Shown: positions 9,523 through 18,845, counted from the stretch's first letter. The stretch is 64,000 nt of DNA from an uncultured Collinsella sp. (GCA_902494165.1 CABUSD010000002.1:8050-72049), one strand, 5' to 3'. Notes: generated by a model not told the origin, from the letters alone. Numbers and translations: made by a program.

Positions 9523-11080
9523 TAGCTGGATAAGGCCGTTCGACGCCTCCTACGACTTCGTGCGCGTCTCGCGCGAGACGGGGCTCGAGCTCGACTTCGT
9601 GCGCGACATCGAGAACGGCGGCTCCATAGAGCGCAACGCGAACACGGCGCTCTACGAGACCGCATCCCTGGACTTCGCCGACAAGTTCGACGTCGGCAAC
9701 GACTTTCTGCGCGTGTACCTCAACGCCTCCTTCTCGGACGGCAGCGAGAGGCGCGAGTGCCTCGGCACGTTCATGCCCGTGGTGGACTCGGTGGACATCG
9801 ACGGCGCCTACCGCGAGGGACAGATCAATGCCTACGGCCTCCTGAAGCGGCTCAAAGACGACGACTTCGACGGGCCGTACGTGATCGTTGCGGGCAGCAA
9901 TCTGGTTGATGAGGCCGTCAAGATAGCCGAATCGGTCGGCCTCACCGTCTACGCCGACCCCAGCAGCCTCCTTCTGGGCAGCACCTTGGTTTTCGGCGTG
10001 GGCAGGGACAACGACGCCAAGAACAAGCTGGACGCGGTGGACCTGCTCCTCAAGGCGGCCGGGTTCCGCTCGCCGGCGACCGACCGAATGGGCAACGTGA
10101 TCTACAGGCGCTACGTCGAGCCTGCCGACATGCCCATCTCGGCGGAGTTCACCGAGGGCAGGGACGCGCGCTTTATGTCCGCCATGACCGAATCGACAAA
10201 CCGCGCCGAGGTCTGCAACGTCGTGCACGTGGACTTCAGCACGCAGGACGCATCGGTGCGCGGCACGGCGGTGGACGACTCGCCCGATTCCGACCTCTCG
10301 ACCGTCTCGGTCGGTCGTCGCATCGTCAAGAGCTACAGCTACGACAGCCTGCCGGGCGTGGACACCGAGGACGCCAACCTTGTCGAGGGTGCCGCCAACG
10401 CCCTCATCGGCACCGGCAAGAAGTCGGATAAGAGCTTCAGGCAGAGCGATTCGCACGGCAGCATCCAGACCGTCTACGTTCCCGACTCGCCGCAGACGGG
10501 CGTGCTTTTCGGCATCAAGGTCGTTTCGAGTGGCGGGCGCGTCGGCTTCTGCCAGGACGAGGGGCCGAGCGTCAAGAAGGATACGGACTACACGCAGAGC
10601 GTGTGGGTCAAGGGCACCAAGGGCGCGACGGGCATCATACAGTCTTTCTGGGATCAGGAGAGGGGGCTTGGCCCGGTGACCAAGGGGTTCACCATGACTG
10701 GCGAGTGGCAGAAGGTCAGCTACACCTACCGCGCCACGGAGAACCACAACAAGGTCAGCTGGGGCTACTGCTACATCGACGGCGGCGAGGCCATCTTCGT
10801 CGCCGACAAGGTCGAGGAGGGAGGCAACGCCACGCCTTGGCCCCAGGACGCCATGCAGGCGGCGGCGGACCGCAAGGCGGCGGAGCTGCTCGCCACCGAG
10901 CGCGCCGTGACGCGCACGGACGAGTTCAGGAGCGTCTACAAGCCCGTCGAGCCGTGCATGGCGGTGGCGATGAACTACAAGACCGGCGGGGTTGTCGGCA
11001 AGCTGGCAATCCAGAAGCAGACGCTGACGCTCGACGCCGGCTGCGTCATAAAGCACACGGCGAGGAGGTACGAGCGATGA
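9515..11080 (+). CDS. Phage tail-tip / receptor-binding protein with C-terminal beta-sandwich (carbohydrate-binding-like) domain
   Basis: ATG at 9515 overlaps the previous TGA by 8 nt. 521 aa in the position of a tail-associated lysin or receptor-binding protein. Confidence 0.55.
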   Translation: MADSWIRPFDASYDFVRVSRETGLELDFVRDIENGGSIERNANTALYETASLDFADKFDVGNDFLRVYLNASFSDGSERRECLGTFMPVVDSVDIDGAYREGQINAYGLLKRLKDDDFDGPYVIVAGSNLVDEAVKIAESVGLTVYADPSSLLLGSTLVFGVGRDNDAKNKLDAVDLLLKAAGFRSPATDRMGNVIYRRYVEPADMPISAEFTEGRDARFMSAMTESTNRAEVCNVVHVDFSTQDASVRGTAVDDSPDSDLSTVSVGRRIVKSYSYDSLPGVDTEDANLVEGAANALIGTGKKSDKSFRQSDSHGSIQTVYVPDSPQTGVLFGIKVVSSGGRVGFCQDEGPSVKKDTDYTQSVWVKGTKGATGIIQSFWDQERGLGPVTKGFTMTGEWQKVSYTYRATENHNKVSWGYCYIDGGEAIFVADKVEEGGNATPWPQDAMQAAADRKAAELLATERAVTRTDEFRSVYKPVEPCMAVAMNYKTGGVVGKLAIQKQTLTLDAGCVIKHTARRYER

Positions 11081-11334
11081 GCGATTCGGCAGCCGAGATC
11101 AAGGGCGCGGCGGCGCGGCTGGCGGCGGCGATGCCGTCGGGCGGCAAGCGGCTGACGATGGAGTTCGGCACGGTCGTGGGCGTCCACGACGCGGCGCTCG
11201 ACGTGATGCTGCACGGCGCGGTGGTGACGGTCCCGATGGTGCGCTCCTGCACGGGGTGCATCATCACCGACCGCGCCGTGATCCTGTCGCAGGGCCCGCT
11301 GGCCGTGTGCGTCGGCACGATGGCGGCGGTGTAG
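11077..11334 (+). CDS. Hypothetical phage protein (85 aa)
   Basis: ATGA overlap with the preceding gene, in the frame of ORF 10603..11334. Confidence 0.5.
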   Translation: MSDSAAEIKGAAARLAAAMPSGGKRLTMEFGTVVGVHDAALDVMLHGAVVTVPMVRSCTGCIITDRAVILSQGPLAVCVGTMAAV

Positions 11335-11412
11335 GCCGGCGTTACGGAGGCCTGAACCTGCAGTGTGGCGGGGAATGGGCCCCACTGCACTGCAGAACGG
11401 GAAGGAGGCCAG

Positions 11413-11826
11413 ATGGAGGTGCTCAAGCTCTTCGCGCCGTACGGACCCGGCTGGCTTGGCGGCGCGGCGCTGGTGCTGATCGCCTTCTATTTTGGGCGGC
11501 AATTTCTGGACGAATACAAGGTCCAGAACGAGCGCAAGGCGAACATCGACCTCAAGCACGAGGAGCGAAAGCAGGCCGAAGTGGACGAGCGGGCGCAGCG
11601 AGATCGGGAGCGCTCGCAGATGGAAGGGCGAATCGCCGCGCAGATGGAGCGAAGCAACAGTCTCATGGAGGCGATGAAGACCCTCATGGAGTCGGTCGTC
11701 GCGTCGAATGACGTGTTGCACGCCGATCTGGTCCACAGCCAGGCGCGCAGCCAGGGGATGGCCGAGAAGGTCGACCACATCTGCGACCGCGTCGACCTCA
11801 TGTACAACAAGGATACAAGCAGATAG
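11413..11826 (+). CDS. Membrane-anchored coiled-coil phage protein (lysis-module associated)
   Basis: RBS GGAAGGAGG precedes ATG 11413. There is an N-terminal TM segment (WLGGAALVLIAFYF) followed by a charged coiled coil. Confidence 0.55.
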   Translation: MEVLKLFAPYGPGWLGGAALVLIAFYFGRQFLDEYKVQNERKANIDLKHEERKQAEVDERAQRDRERSQMEGRIAAQMERSNSLMEAMKTLMESVVASNDVLHADLVHSQARSQGMAEKVDHICDRVDLMYNKDTSR

Positions 11827-11836
11827 GAGCAATCAA

Positions 11837-12142
11837 ATGACTGAGATTCAGGCCGGCCTCACCGTCGCCACGGTGCTCGTGGTGCCGTACATCGTGCAGG
11901 CCATCAAGACTAAGGCCATGACGGGCAGCGTCGCCCGCTGGACGGCCATCGCCGTCTCGGCGGGGTGCGGTGCCCTCACGGCCATGGCGGGAGGCGTGCC
12001 CACCGACCCCTCGGCGTGGGTGACGTCCATCTTCGCGTGTGTCGGCGGCGTGCAGGTGGCCTATGCCGCCTTCAAATCCGTCGGTATCACGGACAAATGG
12101 CTCGACGCGCTGCTCGCGCTCGGCGACATCAAGGAGGACTAA
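11837..12142 (+). CDS. Holin
   Basis: 101 aa with hydrophobic TM segments and a charged C-terminus. RBS TAGGAG; directly upstream of and overlapping the endolysin start. Confidence 0.65.
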   Translation: MTEIQAGLTVATVLVVPYIVQAIKTKAMTGSVARWTAIAVSAGCGALTAMAGGVPTDPSAWVTSIFACVGGVQVAYAAFKSVGITDKWLDALLALGDIKED

Positions 12143-13215
12143 TGGCAGACTTCGCAAACGTTCAGCCAGACGAATACAAGCTGCTGGGCTGCAACTTCTC
12201 GGCAGGTCGTCCGTTCGGCATCAAGGGCGTCACGATCCATCACATGGCCGGCGACCTCAACGCCGACCAATGCAACAGCATCTGGGGTGCTAACGGCTGT
12301 TCTGCCAACTACTCGGTCGACCGCAACGGCTACATCGTGCAGCACGTCAACGACACCGACCGCGCCTACGCCTGCGGCGACGGTATCGGCACGGGCGGCG
12401 GCAACGACACCACAATCTCCATCGAGCACGCCAACAGCGCGCGCGGCCCGTGGACGGTGCACGAGGCCGCCATCGAGAGCGGTGCGCACCTCGTGGCGGC
12501 GCTGTGCCTGTACTACGGTCTGGGCCGTCCGGCATGGATGGTGAACGTGTTCCCGCACAAGCACTGGTCGTCCACCGCCTGCCCGGGCGAGCTTGCAGGC
12601 TCCCAGCGCGACCATTACATGCAGCGCGCGATGGAGTGGTACGACGCGATGGTCGGAGGCACGCAGCCGTCCGCGCCGACCGTGCAGCCCGCGGCGACCC
12701 CCGCTGCGCCTTCGGCGTCACAGGGCGCGCCGGGCGGTTTCCCGCGCTCCACTGGGTCCAAGGTGCCCGTCCACTACTCCCTCCATCTCAAGGGAGGCGG
12801 TTGGCTCGACGAGGTGACCGACTTCGGCTCCGGCGACGACGGCTTCGCGGGCTACCCGTGCCGACAGCACGACCTCCTTTGCGCCCGAGTTGATCGCGGT
12901 ACGCTCAAGTATCAGGTCCACACCGTCGAGGACGGCTGGCTCGACTATGTAACCAAGGGCGACCGCAACGACACCGTAAACGGCTGCGCCGGTATCGCCG
13001 GTCATACCATCGACGGCGTGCGCATGTACTACGTGACGCCGAGCGGCGAGGAGTACAAGCAGGCGTGGTACCGCTCCCAGACCACTGCGCGCGCCGGATG
13101 GCTGAACACCGTGTGCGACGACGGCTCTACCTATAGCGGCGACGACTACGCCGGTATCTACGGCGAGCCGCTCGACCGTCTGCAGGTCTGCGTCACCGAC
13201 GGGGTGCCGTGGTAA
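12142..13215 (+). CDS. Endolysin: N-acetylmuramoyl-L-alanine amidase (PGRP/Amidase_2 type) with uncharacterised C-terminal domain
   Basis: RBS AAGGAGGA. N-terminal motifs ...GVTIHHMAG..., ...ISIEHAN..., ...FPHKHWSSTACPG..., then a Pro/Ala linker and a roughly 165-aa W/G/D-rich C-terminal domain. Confidence 0.85.
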   Translation: MADFANVQPDEYKLLGCNFSAGRPFGIKGVTIHHMAGDLNADQCNSIWGANGCSANYSVDRNGYIVQHVNDTDRAYACGDGIGTGGGNDTTISIEHANSARGPWTVHEAAIESGAHLVAALCLYYGLGRPAWMVNVFPHKHWSSTACPGELAGSQRDHYMQRAMEWYDAMVGGTQPSAPTVQPAATPAAPSASQGAPGGFPRSTGSKVPVHYSLHLKGGGWLDEVTDFGSGDDGFAGYPCRQHDLLCARVDRGTLKYQVHTVEDGWLDYVTKGDRNDTVNGCAGIAGHTIDGVRMYYVTPSGEEYKQAWYRSQTTARAGWLNTVCDDGSTYSGDDYAGIYGEPLDRLQVCVTDGVPW

Positions 13216-13316
13216 TGGCTTTCGTCATGGGCGCGGCGCTCGGCGCGATTTTGGGCAGCTTCGTCACGGTTGTCGCGCTCGCCCTGATCTGGGGCGGGAG
13301 CGACCGCGGGCGATAA
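13215..13316 (+). CDS. 33-aa single-TM peptide (possible lysis accessory)
   Basis: The ATG overlaps the endolysin TAA (TAATG). Sequence MAFVMGAALGAILGSFVTVVALALIWGGSDRGR*. Below the ORF-track size cutoff. Confidence 0.4.
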   Translation: MAFVMGAALGAILGSFVTVVALALIWGGSDRGR

Positions 13317-13320
13317 CGGC

Positions 13321-13359
13321 AAAAGGGGCCGTGGCGGTTCGTCGCCACGGCCCCTTTTT
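13321..13359. terminator. Bidirectional rho-independent terminator at the prophage/chromosome junction
   Basis: AAAA-GGGGCCGTGGCG-loop-CGCCACGGCCCC-TTTTT, a 12-bp perfect stem. Confidence 0.9.
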
Positions 13360-13476
13360 CGTATCCCTCGAATATCCTAAGTTGCCGCCAAACCCTAAGT
13401 ACGGTCAGCGTGTTGCGGTACGTTCAGCGAGTTTTGCCTGATGGTCAGTATCAATAGCGAGCTGCGGCAAACTGTC

Positions 13477-14307
13477 TCAATACTGCCACATGTGATTGAC
13501 GGGGCCGGAGCCTTTGCCCATGTTCAGGCCGGCGGCCAGAGCGCCTGTCAGGTATGCCTTGCCCGCATTGACGGCGTCGGCAAGATCCATGCCCTGGGCC
13601 AGCGCGCAGGCGATGGCGGACGAGAGCGTGCAGCCGGTGCCGTGCGTGTTGTCGGTCTCGATGCGCTTGTGGCGGAACCACGTGGTGAGTGGATCTCCCA
13701 GATGGTTGCCCTCGTCATCGAGTGGCGCGGGTTCGGCCAGTACATCGTTGGCCTCGTTGACAAGATGCCCACCCTTAACGAGGGATGCGCAACCAAAGCC
13801 GCGGGTGAGGAGCATGGCAGCATTTTGCTGCGTGCGCTCGGAGTCGACCTCGTAGTCGAGCAGGGCCATGGCTTCGGGAATATTGGGCGTGATAACCGTC
13901 GCTAGCGGGAACAGGCGGCGGGTGAGTGCCTCGGCGGCATCTTCGGCAATCAGCCGTGCGCCCGAGGTGGCTACCATGACGGGGTCGACTACCACGTTTG
14001 TCGCGTTCCAGACGCTCAGGCGGTCGGCGATAACATCGATAATCTCGGCAGAGGAAACCATGCCAATCTTGACGGCGTTGGGGCGGATATCGTCAAAAAC
14101 GGCATCGATCTGCGCCGCGACAATATCTGGGGAGATGTTCTGCACGGCGGTGACGCCTAGGGTGTTTTGTGCGGTTATGGCTGTGATGGCCGTCTCGGCA
14201 TACAGGCGGTGCGCCGTGATGGTCTTGATGTCGGCCTGAATGCCGGCACCACCGCTGGAATCGGATCCGGCGATGGATAGAACGGCGGGTACCTTACTGC
14301 GATCCAT
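13477..14307 (-). CDS. thiD: Hydroxymethylpyrimidine / phosphomethylpyrimidine kinase
   Basis: 276 aa with motifs VLSIAGSDSSGGAGIQADIKT, ...VVDPVMVATSG..., ...THGTGCTLSSAIA... Confidence 0.9.
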   Translation of the reverse strand: MDRSKVPAVLSIAGSDSSGGAGIQADIKTITAHRLYAETAITAITAQNTLGVTAVQNISPDIVAAQIDAVFDDIRPNAVKIGMVSSAEIIDVIADRLSVWNATNVVVDPVMVATSGARLIAEDAAEALTRRLFPLATVITPNIPEAMALLDYEVDSERTQQNAAMLLTRGFGCASLVKGGHLVNEANDVLAEPAPLDDEGNHLGDPLTTWFRHKRIETDNTHGTGCTLSSAIACALAQGMDLADAVNAGKAYLTGALAAGLNMGKGSGPVNHMWQY

Positions 14308-14488
14308 GTTCGCTCCCTTGTTCGGTCGGATTCAAATGGGTCTTCTGCCTGCATTATAAAGATGCCCGGGCCGACTCTATGTCGAACCCGGGCGGGCGAT
14401 GCAATCTTTACGCAAATGCAAGCAAATGTTCACACGTCAACAATTGACAGGCACCGGCTCGCCGCCAGAAGCGGCCGCGGCGACAGGG

Positions 14489-15823
14489 CTAGTCCTCCAT
14501 GCCGAGGTCGATCGTGGTGCCCTCGAAGATCTTGTTGACGGTGCGGACGGCGCACATCTTGCCACACATGGTGCAAGTGCCCTCGGTGGCGGCGGGGGAC
14601 TCCTCGTAGCGCTTCTTGCCCGTAACTGGGTCGAGCGCGCACTTCCACATGGCGTCCCAGTCGAGCTTACGGCGTGCCTGGCCCATCCTGTCGTCCATGT
14701 CGCGGGCGTGGGGCACCTTCTTGGCGATATCGGCGGCGTGCGCGGCAATCTTAGTGGCCATGAGGCCATCGAGCACGTCCTGGGCGTTGGGCAAGCACAG
14801 GTGCTCGGCCGGCGTCACATAGCACAGGAAGTCGGCGCCGGAGCTGGCGGAGATGGCGCCACCGATGGCGGCGGTGATGTGGTCATAGCCCACGCCGATA
14901 TCGGTCACCAGCGGCCCGAGCACATAGAACGGGGCGTTGTGGCACAGGCGCTTTTGCAGTTTCATGTTGGCGGCGATCTCGTCGAGCGCCATGTGACCCG
15001 GGCCCTCGACCATGACCTGGACGCCGGCGGCCCAAGCGCGCTTGCACAGCTTGCCCAGCTCGATCATCTCGGCGGTCTCGGTGGCATCGTTGGAGTCGTA
15101 GAGGCAGCCCGGGCGGCAGGAGTCACCGAGCGAAATCGTCACGTCGTACTCGTGGCAAATCTCGAGCAACTCGTCGTAGAACTCATAGAACGGGTTCTCG
15201 TTACCGGTGACCTCCATCCAGCCAAACAGCAGTGAGCCGCCGCGGCTCACGATGTTCATCAGGCGGCCGGTCTCCTTAAAGGTCTTGGTGACCGACTTGT
15301 TGATGCCGCAGTGAATGGTCATAAAGTCCACGCCGTCCTCGGCATGCGCGCGCACGACTTCGAACAGGTCGTCCTTGGTGAGCTTGACCAGCGGCTTTTC
15401 CATGTAGCCGATGGCGTCGTACATGGGGACGGTGCCTACCATGAGCGGCGTCTCGTCGATGAGCTGCTGGCGGAACTGGCGCGTCTTGCCCGAGTTGGAG
15501 AGGTCCATGATGGCGTCGGCGCCAAAGTCCTCGGCAATCTTGACCTTCTTCCATTCCTCGGCGGCATCGGCCTTGTCGCCCGAGATGCCCAAGTTCACGT
15601 TGACCTTGGTGGATAGGCCCTCACCGACGCCAAAGGCGCGCATGCCTTTTTTGATGTGCACGATGTTGGCGGGAATGGCGATGCGGCCGTCGGCCACGCG
15701 CTCGCGGATGTACTCGGGGTCGCGATGCTCGCGCTCGGCGACTTCCTTCATCTGCGGCGTGATCTGCCCGGCACGGGCGAAGTCGATTTGCGTGACGAGC
15801 TTGGGCTCGGTCTGTGTGCTCAT
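14489..15823 (-). CDS. thiC: Phosphomethylpyrimidine synthase
   Basis: Radical-SAM ThiC signature near the C-terminus (CTMCGKMCA). The start is moved to ATG 15823 (MSTQTEPK...) because the ORF-track extension runs into the TPP riboswitch. Confidence 0.9.
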   Translation of the reverse strand: MSTQTEPKLVTQIDFARAGQITPQMKEVAEREHRDPEYIRERVADGRIAIPANIVHIKKGMRAFGVGEGLSTKVNVNLGISGDKADAAEEWKKVKIAEDFGADAIMDLSNSGKTRQFRQQLIDETPLMVGTVPMYDAIGYMEKPLVKLTKDDLFEVVRAHAEDGVDFMTIHCGINKSVTKTFKETGRLMNIVSRGGSLLFGWMEVTGNENPFYEFYDELLEICHEYDVTISLGDSCRPGCLYDSNDATETAEMIELGKLCKRAWAAGVQVMVEGPGHMALDEIAANMKLQKRLCHNAPFYVLGPLVTDIGVGYDHITAAIGGAISASSGADFLCYVTPAEHLCLPNAQDVLDGLMATKIAAHAADIAKKVPHARDMDDRMGQARRKLDWDAMWKCALDPVTGKKRYEESPAATEGTCTMCGKMCAVRTVNKIFEGTTIDLGMED

Positions 15824-15830
15824 TGGCACG

Positions 15831-15930
15831 GCTCCCTTCGTTGGCATTACCCATATCAGGTTTGCGGGTCAGGGCGGGCGCGCCCAGTCTCAGCCTGCCG
15901 TCTTGTCCTGCAAGCTCCCCGTTTATGTGG
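15831..15930 (-). ncRNA. TPP (THI-box) riboswitch
   Basis: The minus-strand reading contains GGGGAGC..., CUGAGA, and ACCCGCAAACCUGAUAUGGGUAAUGCCAACGAAGGGAGC immediately 5' of thiC. Boundaries are approximate. Confidence 0.8.
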
Positions 15931-15994
15931 TGGGCTCAAGTATAGCCTGAATGGGTACGATTGGGCCAACAAGCGTGCCTGTGGGGAGGCGAAC

Positions 15995-16510
15995 ATGGAA
16001 GACAAGCATCTATATCGAGAGACACAATGGGATGTATCGGCCGAGGAAAGCCGTGCGCACCATGGCCTTGTCGCGATTGGTTTTGCGGTGCTTGCCGTGT
16101 TGGTGATTGCCTTTTGTATTTGGACGTTCGGCGGTCGTGGCGGCGTCACCTGGGGGTTTGAAGCCGACGATGCCCTGCCGATTATGACCATGAAAGTTTC
16201 TGGTGGCAACACGGTTGCCGCACCGGGCGACTATTGGTATCCGCGCGACGAGTTTGTGCAGCTGCAGTTGAGCGGCGGGTCTATTCCGGGCGAAGAAATC
16301 GAACGCGTGACGTTTGATGAGGCACTCAAAACACTCATGGTGAAGCTCAAAGATCAGGGCGATGTGCCCACGACCATGGATATCGCTCTGACGGAGTGGC
16401 GTCTGGAACCTCCGTCGGGCGTTACGGTATCCGACGTAGAGCACGTTAAGATTACCTACCAAAATGGCTCGACGAGCGAGATTGCAAAGGCCGATGGCTT
16501 GGCGGAGTAA
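15995..16510 (+). CDS. Membrane-anchored hypothetical protein (171 aa)
   Basis: RBS GGGGAGG before ATG 15995, with a single TM segment (LVAIGFAVLAVLVIAFCIW). Confidence 0.55.
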   Translation: MEDKHLYRETQWDVSAEESRAHHGLVAIGFAVLAVLVIAFCIWTFGGRGGVTWGFEADDALPIMTMKVSGGNTVAAPGDYWYPRDEFVQLQLSGGSIPGEEIERVTFDEALKTLMVKLKDQGDVPTTMDIALTEWRLEPPSGVTVSDVEHVKITYQNGSTSEIAKADGLAE

Positions 16511-16533
16511 CGGGGTGTTTGGAAACGGCGGGC

Positions 16534-17343
16534 CTATAGTGCCTGCGCGTTCATGAAAACCAGGGTGTTTTTGTCTGAAAGCTCGGGGATGTGCCGATAG
16601 CCGATATTGAATGCGGTAAGTTCGCTTGCATCCTCGAGCTTGTTTTCTGCCATCCACCGCACCATGGAGCCGCGCGCCTTTTTGCTGGCGGTCGACTGTT
16701 GGATGGGCTTCCCGTTGCGGATGCCCTCGCCAAAGAGGCATGTGACGGCTGTGGCGTCGCCCGCGAGGTGGGGCAGAACGGCTTTGGCATACTCTACGCT
16801 GGCGAGGTTGACGATCGTGGTGTTTGAGCCTGCCGGGGCGATAGCCCGCGCGAGCTTATCGCTCCAAAACGCGTAGAGGTCTCGGGCATCGTCAACGGCG
16901 AGCTTCGCGCCCATCTCCAGCCGATACGGTTCGACGGCATGAAAGGGACGAACGCACCCGTAGAGGCCGGAGAGGATCCAGAGATGGTCTTGCAGCCATG
17001 CGAGCTGCGCGGAATCCATCACCTCGGGTGCCATGCTCTGGTATTGAATGCCGTGATAGGACATGACGGCGGGGGAGGTATTGCGGGCGATATCGGGATT
17101 GTCGAGGTCGCCGTTTTCCAAGATGGGCTCGAACTCATGCAGGGTGTTGAGGCAAGGCCCCAGCAGTTTGTCACTCACGTTCCATAGCGCCTGCAGGCCG
17201 CCGCTGCCTTCATTTCGCTCAATATCTAGCAACGCGCGATGCAGTCGAGCCGTCTCGCGCGCAAAGGGCGGAATGCCCAGGACTTCAAAAGCATCTTGGG
17301 CCGAGCGCATCTGCTTGGCGGGCGAAATGATGACCTGCAGCAT
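16534..17343 (-). CDS. yaaA: Peroxide stress protein YaaA (DUF328/UPF0246)
   Basis: Start at MLQVIISPAKQM..., the characteristic YaaA N-terminus. The ORF-track extension upstream is unsupported. Confidence 0.8.
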   Translation of the reverse strand: MLQVIISPAKQMRSAQDAFEVLGIPPFARETARLHRALLDIERNEGSGGLQALWNVSDKLLGPCLNTLHEFEPILENGDLDNPDIARNTSPAVMSYHGIQYQSMAPEVMDSAQLAWLQDHLWILSGLYGCVRPFHAVEPYRLEMGAKLAVDDARDLYAFWSDKLARAIAPAGSNTTIVNLASVEYAKAVLPHLAGDATAVTCLFGEGIRNGKPIQQSTASKKARGSMVRWMAENKLEDASELTAFNIGYRHIPELSDKNTLVFMNAQAL

Positions 17344-17365
17344 GGACTCTCCTCTGTCAAAAAGG

Positions 17366-17433
17366 AAGTTGCGGTGGAATACGGTCTGTTTTGGCCGTTT
17401 ATAGGCCAGTTTAGTCCGTATTTCACCGCAACT
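17366..17433. repeat. Degenerate copy (D) of the 69-bp palindromic repeat family
   Basis: AAGTTGCGGTGGAATACGGTCT...AGTCCGTATTTCACCGCAACT. It lies between the aminopeptidase stop and the yaaA start, and is followed on the minus strand by CCTTTTTG. Confidence 0.7.
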
Positions 17434-17447
17434 GATGAAGGGGCTGG

Positions 17448-18845
17448 TTAGGCGCGCTCGAGGAAGGCCTTGTAGCCGCGATAGGCCTCGTAGATATCGG
17501 CCTTGTTGGCGACCTCCCACAGGGCGTGCATGGACAGGACGGCAACGCCGGAGTCGATGACGTTCATGCCGTACTTGGCCATGATGTAGGCAATGGTGCC
17601 GCCGCCGCCCGCGTTGACGCGACCGAGCTCACAGGTCTGGAAATCCACGCCGGCCTCGTCCATGATGTCGCGGACGAGGGCCACGTACTCGGCATCGGCG
17701 TCGTTGGAGCCGCCCTTGCCGCGGCTGCCCGTGTACTTGTTAAAGCACAGACCGCGACCCATAAAGGCGGCGTTCTTGGTCTCGAACTTGCCGGCATAGC
17801 CCGGGTCAAAGCCGGCGGACACGTCGGAGGAGAGCATGCGGCTGCGGGCGAGCGCGCGGCGCAGGGCCAGCGGGCTATTCTCGCCGGCGAGCGTCATGAT
17901 CTCGGCGACGGTGTTCTCGAAGAAGCGGCTCGTCATGCCGGTGGCACCCACGGAGCCGATCTCCTCCTTGTCGACGATGAGCGTGATGCTCGTGCGCTCC
18001 ACGTTGGCGACGTCGATTTGGGCAAGCATGGAGGGGTAGGCACAGACGCGGTCGTCATGGCCATAGCCCAGAATCATGGAGCGGTCGAGGCCCATGTCGC
18101 GGGCGGGGCCGGCGGGCACGACCTCGATCTCGGCGGAGAGGAAGTCCTCCTCCTCGACGTCGTACTGCTCCTTGAGGATATCCAGGAACAACTGCTTGAC
18201 GGGCTCCTTGGGGGCGTCCTTGTCGTCCTCGTCAAACTTGACGGGGCGGCCGCCCACGATCACGTCGAGAATCTCGGCATCGACGGCGTCCTTGGCAGGC
18301 TTGGACATCTGCTCGCTCGAGAGGTGGATCAGCAGGTCGGAGATGGTAAAGACCGGGTCGTCCGCCTTGTCGCCGATATTGATGTCGACGGTGGTACCGT
18401 CCTTTTTGCAGATGACGCCCACGAGTGCGAGCGGGGAGGCCACCCAGTGGTAGCTCTTGACGCCACCGTAGTAGTGCGTGTCGAGGTAGGCCATGTCGCC
18501 GGCCTCGAAGGCGGGGTTCTGCTTAAGGTCTAGGCGCGGCGAGTCCACGTGGGCGCCCAGGATGTTAAAGCCCTGCTCGAGCGGGGCGGTGCCCAGGTTG
18601 ACGAGCATAAGGTCCTTGCCGTGATTGGCGGCGTACACCTTGTCGCCTGCCTTGAGCTCGCGGCCTTCGGCGATTACGGTCTCCAGGTCGACGTATCCCG
18701 CCTCCTCGGCCATCTTGATGCCGGCCTTGACGCACAGGCGCTCGGTCTTGTTCTCGCTCAAAAACTGCTTATAGCCGCGGCAAAGCTCCTCGAGCTCCTC
18801 GATTTGCTGTGGCGTGTACTTTTTCCATGCGCAGGGACGCTCCAT
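17448..18845 (-). CDS. M18-family aminopeptidase
   Basis: Start at MERPCAWKKY... with RBS AAAGGAG. Motifs GAHVDSPRLDLK and YLDTHYYGGVKSYHW. The 196-codon N-terminal extension in the ORF track overlaps polA and is rejected. Confidence 0.8.
   Translation of the reverse strand: MERPCAWKKYTPQQIEELEELCRGYKQFLSENKTERLCVKAGIKMAEEAGYVDLETVIAEGRELKAGDKVYAANHGKDLMLVNLGTAPLEQGFNILGAHVDSPRLDLKQNPAFEAGDMAYLDTHYYGGVKSYHWVASPLALVGVICKKDGTTVDINIGDKADDPVFTISDLLIHLSSEQMSKPAKDAVDAEILDVIVGGRPVKFDEDDKDAPKEPVKQLFLDILKEQYDVEEEDFLSAEIEVVPAGPARDMGLDRSMILGYGHDDRVCAYPSMLAQIDVANVERTSITLIVDKEEIGSVGATGMTSRFFENTVAEIMTLAGENSPLALRRALARSRMLSSDVSAGFDPGYAGKFETKNAAFMGRGLCFNKYTGSRGKGGSNDADAEYVALVRDIMDEAGVDFQTCELGRVNAGGGGTIAYIMAKYGMNVIDSGVAVLSMHALWEVANKADIYEAYRGYKAFLERA

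Larger units (their letters stand above)
1..13359 (+). mobile_element. Prophage right arm (siphovirus-like structural and lysis modules); left end lies outside the window
   Basis: Uninterrupted same-strand run of phage genes with overlapping or abutting start/stop codons: gp10-like, scaffold, capsid, connectors, major tail, frameshifted chaperone, tape measure, tail proteins, holin, amidase. It ends at a strong bidirectional terminator at 13321-13359, immediately before chromosomal thiD. Confidence 0.9.

Noticed and set aside
13360-13476. Possible prophage attR core (short repeats CCTAAGT x2 and GGTCAG x3).
   Set aside because: Only 6-7-nt words are repeated. Without the left prophage end there is nothing to match them to, and there is no tRNA fragment.
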